NCBI RefSeq assembly: GCF_001194135.2
Contig: NC_069006.1
Span: 24,883,550 to 24,947,549, forward strand
From: Octopus bimaculoides
Taxonomy: Eukaryota
Reading direction: 5' to 3'
Length of the DNA: 64,000 nt
The notes under the pieces were generated by a model that worked only from the letters and a program-made list of their open reading frames with translations, did no database searches and was not told the origin of the DNA. The position numbers and the translations under genes were made by a program. Shown here piece by piece: positions 57,498 through 64,000 of the stretch (position 1 is its first letter; each line of letters opens with the position of its first letter).

Positions 57498-57979
57498 ATC
57501 ATTCAACCTTGAATTCTATGAAGAGGTACTTCACCTCCTCCATGAATGCACCATGTTAGCTACAAGCCGTAGTCACATGACCCCTGCATTTATAACCAGT
57601 ATGAACTGAAGACTTCAATACAATCCATTTCATTTTCATGTTTTTTATTCTATACATGGGTGATTTTATGATTGTTATTCAGAGTTTAAAAATGATAAGA
57701 AGGCCAGCAGATGAATAAAATATAAAAACCATATAAAGCAAAGTGATCAGCAGAGTGTGCGTGATGGTGGTGGAAACGGTAGTGATAATAATAATAATAA
57801 TAATAATAAAGTAGTGTGTGTTATTTTATCAAGTCTGTCTCCTTCACAGTTTTAATAAGTTGGTAGCAGTTTAGAGGTGATTGGTAGTAAAAAAAGACAT
57901 GTTAACAAGCTGACATATGAGAGGTCAAGCAGGAACTAAAAGCCAGAACAAACAAAAATATAAAACTTTATATGGATTT

Positions 57980-58045
<66 letters not shown>

Positions 58046-58741
58046 AATGCTATAAATAAATCCATATAAAGTTATATATATATGTTAACCAGCTGACATA
58101 TCTCTATAGACCTTCTCTTTAATTAGCACTAGGTTGGTTGTTATTGTTTAACCCCAGGCTGGTTCTGATCGAGTAGATTTATAGCATGCCGATAGTTGGC
58201 CAACTAACTAGGGGTGACTAAAGATTTGTTGTAGTGAAGGCAGTGTGGTTTAATGGTTAAGATATTTGGCTCACAATTGCATGGTTGTGCATTCAGTTCC
58301 CGGTGGCATGTTGTGGCCTTGAGCAAGAGACTTTATTTCACATTGCCCCAGTTCCACTCAGCTGGCAAAAATGAGTTGTACATGTAATTCAAAAAGGTCA
58401 GTCTTTACTCTAACTCTCTAAAACCTCTCACAAAGCTTTAGTCAAATCGGGGCTGTAGAAGACACTTGCCCAAAGTGCCAAGCAGTGAGACTGAACCCAA
58501 AACCATGTAGTTGGGAAGCAAGCTTCTTATCACACAGCCACTTCTGCGCCTATATATTATATAAACACACACACACACAACGGGCTTCTTTCAGTATCCA
58601 TCAACCAAATCCACTCACAAAGCATTGGTCAATGTGGAGGCGATAGTAGGAGACACTTGCCCAAGGTCCCAAGCAGTGGGATTGAACCCAGAACCATGTG
58701 GTTGGAAAGCAAGCTTCTTACCACACAGTTACGCCTGTGCC

Positions 58742-58772
<31 letters not shown>

Positions 58773-60226
58773 GTGTGTGTGTGTATATAAACACACACAC
58801 ACACACATTCTTCATACATAAAAATAAAATCGACCATTTCTTGGTATTGACTAAAATTCACGTTCCTGTTATTCAAGCAAACAATTCTGAACAGTCATAA
58901 AATACTAGGGTAACAGACTGAGCACTCTTAACACGCTTGGATCACATGTAGGAGACACGAGAAGAGGGAAGGATCTTAGAAATACAGCTACAGGCCACAT
59001 GGGGGCTGCCAATGTCTCCATCCACTCAATTTCACCCCACACGGCCCAAACTGCAAGGCCTGGCCTGGCTCTCCTTTGGTTAGAACACCAAGTGCTCCAG
59101 TTGATTTGATCAGTCAAACAGCCTGCTAATGAAATGAATGTGCAAGTGGCCGAGTGCTCCACAGACATGCAGATGAGTCCTGGGGTTGATTTGTTCGACT
59201 AAAAAATGCAGTGCTCCAGCATGGCAGCAGTCAAATGACTGAAACAAGTAAAAAATAAAAGAATACACACACATATCTAGATAGGGAGATAGAGAATTAT
59301 ATATAAATTTGCAAGACACCCTCAGCCCCAAACACACACACACACACCTCTCCCCCACTTCTGTATTGATTGCTTTAAAGAAAGCTTTGTCTGTAAGTCA
59401 GAGGAGGAGGAAGAAGGGGAGGTAGGAGGAGAGGGGAGGCAATAAAGTGAAGATTGGAGGGGAGAGAAATGGTTATTCGGTGCAAAGTGGGAGCCGCAAC
59501 AGCTGGCCAAAGATGTTTATCCTTGGAGCCAGTTTATTATTTTATTTTTTTTCAAGAACACCACCAGTTCAAAGCTTGGAATCCCATTAGACATTATTTT
59601 GCATAGATAAACACAAGATGTTGAATATTTTCTGTTACATTACTTTTGACACGTGGGTAGGTGGGGGTGGGGGAGTGCAATGAGGTGGGGAAAAAGAAAA
59701 AGAGAGAAAAAAGACATGGCCAATGAATTGATCATGGAGCTATGATGCTTGCTTAATGGTTAAAAAAAAAGCAGAAAAAAGTTATGATGTTCTCGCAGAA
59801 AAACACACATACACACAAAACTGCTTCGTTATAATAATGATGATGATTTAATGACTGCTGAGTTAAAACTGACCTGTCCAAACTACACGCCAGCTTGGTA
59901 AAGTGAACACAATGATGATGACGATGTTTGTATTGAAATGTAATCCTGGTCGAGGCCAGCCCCACCGTCCCGACTGGCTCCCGTGTCAGTAGCATGTAAA
60001 AAGCACCATTCGAACATGGCCGATGCCAGTGCCGCTGGAACATAAAAAGCACCCACTACACTCTCAGAGTGGTTGGCATTAGGAAGGGCATTCAGCTGTA
60101 GAAACCTTGCCAGCTCAAATTGGAGTCTGGTGTAGCCTCCTGGCTTTCCAGTCCCCAGTCAAACCGTCCAACCCATGCCAGCATGGAAAACAGACATTAA
60201 ATGATGATGATGATATATATCATCAT

Positions 60227-60263
<37 letters not shown>

Positions 60264-62979
60264 TTTTATGTTCTATTGAAATGTCTTTATCTAATGCCAA
60301 GAGAATATTCATATTTCTAAATATGGTAATCCTGCCCAACTGTTGTCCAAGCTCACCTGGTTTAAATGAATAGTAAGTAGACCAGCTGTTCTGGAATCCC
60401 TGGGTCTTAGCAGTCAACAAGGGGATTGGGGTTAGAGGGTTTTTATGAATGAAGTAATGAGGTTAGTGGAGGTTGTGGTGAGATGGTGGGAAGTGTAGAA
60501 AAGAGAAAGAAGGACAGAGAGATGACAAGAGAAACTTTAAGAAACTCCACTGCCCCGAGTTGTAGCCAGTTTTACTGTTAAAGACATTTCAGAATCATAT
60601 TTTTATGGCCAGGTGTGTAAGAGGGTCTGCAGCATATGCCTGGCATTTATTTATTCCATCAATGTCGTAAACATATAACTGGCACTCTGTCAGCTATGGT
60701 GACAAGTGTTCCAGTCGATCTGATCAATGGAACAGTCAGCTAAAGAGATTAACATGTTTCGACTCCACAGCCCTGGTTTATACACAGCCAGAGCCCAAAT
60801 TAAACACAGGTCCCCACCCCCTACAGCACCACCCGTGACAAACCAATCACTATAATGAACAGTTGTTGATACAGAGGAGACCTCAAAGGTCATAGAACAG
60901 TCTCAGAGGTTGCAAAGAATTCTCAGTACAGACTAATGGCTAGTTAGAACAGTGCAACTCATGCACTGGTGCCAGGAAAAAGGTCCAGTGAGCTATTATT
61001 ATCTCTACCGACAACACAGAGATTCTCCTGTTGAGGAAGAGCATGTGATGACGTGCATATATAAGTGTGATGCTGTTATGCTGTTCCTGGTGGATGACAC
61101 CACTACATCATACAAGTGACAATCCTCCAACCTATGGGTTCGTTCAGGTAGTCGTAGCTGGTGAGGGTTTTACGAGGTTGGAGTGCAAATCCCACCTCAA
61201 GAGCATGTGACGATACATGCATATCAGTGCAATATTGCAAGGCAGTCATGCCCTCCTTTTGCTCTTAATCAAATTTCTCTCCACATTTCAACTAGGATGT
61301 TTTCTCTCATCTCTACCACTTAAGTGCAGCCTGTACCATCTCGTGGTGTTTCGAAGCACACCCCACACCCTCCTCTTTCTCCGTTTCCTATGTACACTCA
61401 TTTCAGTATCCAATTGCCACTTCTGTAAGCTTGCTATTTAAACACCACTTTCCCATGACTACAGCAATAAACTCCACTTCTGATGAGCTGACTGAAACAG
61501 GGTCACTGAAACGCCTAGAAATAGGAGTCAAATCTTGTTTTAATCACACTCTGCAGTCTTTAAAAAAAATAAAAAGAGGAAGGACCAACTGGATCCTGTA
61601 GCTGCACAAACACTTGGAACATTTCAGACCATGGTTTACGAGTAATAGAATCAAATTTTGAAGACAATAACATGTGTTTTTGGCAAGGTTATGGAAAAGG
61701 GACAGTGCCCATGCTTTCATAGACCTTGCAACTAGGAATCAAAACAAAAAACTTCGACTCCAACTCCTCTACTATTGGCACCTCTGACTCAGACTCCTCT
61801 ATGTAATAAAGTGATTGTCGTCTATTTTACCGATTCCGACTCTGACTCCATTTCTGTTGAAATAAACCAATTCTGTCTCAATTTTGAAAATAATGATAAA
61901 TTTATAAAATAAATTTTGCCATTTTTAAACTGGTCTTTGGTACATAAATTGACCCTTTAACAGTGAAAGTAAATCACATGGTTATTCCAATAACCAGGTT
62001 AAGTATCTACCAAAAGACGGAATTGTTGTTTTCCGCAATAAACTTGACACATCTCATCAGAAAATAGTTTCAAACATGACATTCCTCAATGAAAGATGGT
62101 TTGATAGTTATTCTTTGTAAGCCTAGTACTTATTCTATCTGTCTCTTTTGCCGAACCACTAAGTGACGGGAACGTAAACACATCAGCATCAATTGCCAAG
62201 CAATGGTGGGAGGACAAACACAAACAACGAACACATACATACAGTTTCTGTCTACCAAATCCACTCCAGGAGATATTGAGGATGGCCCATGACATGCAGA
62301 TGTAAGTGCAATCAAGCCTTGCCCCACAAATGTCTGGTGTCTCACACAATGTAAAATGTATGTGAAAGTGTATGGTCTAGTGGGGGAAAGGGTTGCACTT
62401 ATGATTGCTAGACTGTGGTTTCAATTCCCAGACAGAGCGGTGTATTGTGTTCTTGAGCAAAACACTTCATTTCATGTTGGTCCAGTCCACTTAGCTGCAA
62501 ATGGGTCACCCTGTGACACACTAGTCTTCTGATCAAGAAAATGCCGGCCTGCTGTGAGAAGCCAGATCTGGTCAGCCTGAACATAAAACAGGTGAAATAT
62601 TTGGGCTGGATATGGCCTGTTTAAATGCTAGAGGATCAAAGCAATCAGTAAAATTTCAATATAGTTTTGATATAGCATCAATAACAAATGGTGTATTGAA
62701 AAAACAAAAACAAGAAAAAGACATTGCTAGATATTTAGCTGGTCTATCAATAGTGGCCATTTGCCTAAAACAAATACTGTTTATCAAATTCATCTCAGTT
62801 AATTGTAACAATGGATTTTATTGTACATCACCACCACTCATACCTTGGTCCACTGTTAATCTGTCACCTGAACACAATTGATTTAGATTATGAACTTATA
62901 TGGGTCACATGTCACACATGAGCTCATGCAGGTCACAGATTAGGTTGTGAACTGATGTGAGTCATAACATAAGACTTCT

Positions 62980-63015
<36 letters not shown>

Positions 63016-63221
63016 GCAAGTGTGTGTTCTTGTGATCTTTTATCATTTACTTGTTTCAGACATTAGACTGCAGCCATGCTGGAGCACCACTTTGAAAAAT
63101 TTGCAGTTAAATGAATCAACCCCACTACCTATTCTCTACCTTATATCATTTCTGCTGAACTTCTAAGTTACAGGGGATGTAAACACACCAACAGCGGTTG
63201 TCGAATGGTGGCGGGATGGGC

Positions 63222-63305
<84 letters not shown>

Positions 63306-64000
63306 TTGTGTGTTTGTCTCCGCCACTCCACGTGACAACCGATGTTGGTACGTTCACATCCCTGTAACTTAGCAGTCCAGCAAAAGAGACCGACAAAATA
63401 AGTACTAGGCTTACAAAGATTAAATCTTGGGGTCGATTTATTCGACTAAAGGCAGTGCTCCAGCATGGCTGCAGTCAAATGACTGAAATAAATAAAATCG
63501 TTACAAGATATGCCAAAAAAACCCGGAACTGAATCAAGTGAAAGGCAAAGTTGATCTTGGGAGAATTTGAACTCATTAATCTGAAACTTATAAGAAACAA
63601 CATTCCAGCCTTGGCCATCCCATTATATTTTCAGACACTGTACCTCAAACTGCATTATTTCAAGGGATTATTTATTTATCTATTTATTTATTTTTCAAGA
63701 CAGCAGAATGTGATTTAAAGGAGATTTGGCTGCTATTTCCTTGTTGACTCCACATAATTGCTTAATTTGGATCTAAACCTGGTCTGCCCTTACACAGGGA
63801 GGAGGGTGGGGAAGATATATCACAGTACAGTTTCCTTCAAGGTGGCTTTCTAACAAAGGAGGCAAACAACTGTGACCTTAACTAGTTGTGTCAGGAGGGG
63901 GTCACACGGTTCATAATTTATAACACAATGTGACCCCTGCTTAAAAAGAGTGAAAGGGGGGAGGAGCCAACCAAGCAATGAACCAGCCAACTAGCAGGAG

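Overview
AT-rich, repeat-laden eukaryotic genomic DNA with assembly gaps. The SINE families, the (TA)n/(CA)n load and the small scattered exons point to a coleoid cephalopod, most likely Octopus; this is inferred from repeat content, not database-confirmed. Two convergent genes were reconstructed by reading splice sites and phases by hand. (1) The last six exons of a RUS1-family gene (RUSF1/C16orf58-like) on the + strand, 429-4280. (2) Most of a Kinase Suppressor of Ras (KSR) gene on the - strand: 20 coding exons from 40908 down to the stop at 15329, covering CC-SAM, Pro-rich CA2, the C1 zinc finger, Ser/Thr-rich CA4 and the kinase domain. The first KSR coding exon was not found. The rest is SINEs, DNA-transposon MITEs, a mariner relic, an RTE LINE relic, mini/microsatellites and gaps. 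Most entries in the supplied ORF track are microsatellite or gap artefacts. The most notable observation is a pseudoknot-like intronic architecture: a 68-bp hairpin whose loop holds a perfect 18-nt antisense copy of the KSR glycine-loop exon end plus its splice donor, a candidate ADAR-editing/splicing switch. Also notable are a large Cys/His-rich KSR exon I cannot match to fly or human KSR, four hammerhead-ribozyme-like motifs, an intragenic CpG-rich island, and a triple AP-1 site cluster downstream of KSR.
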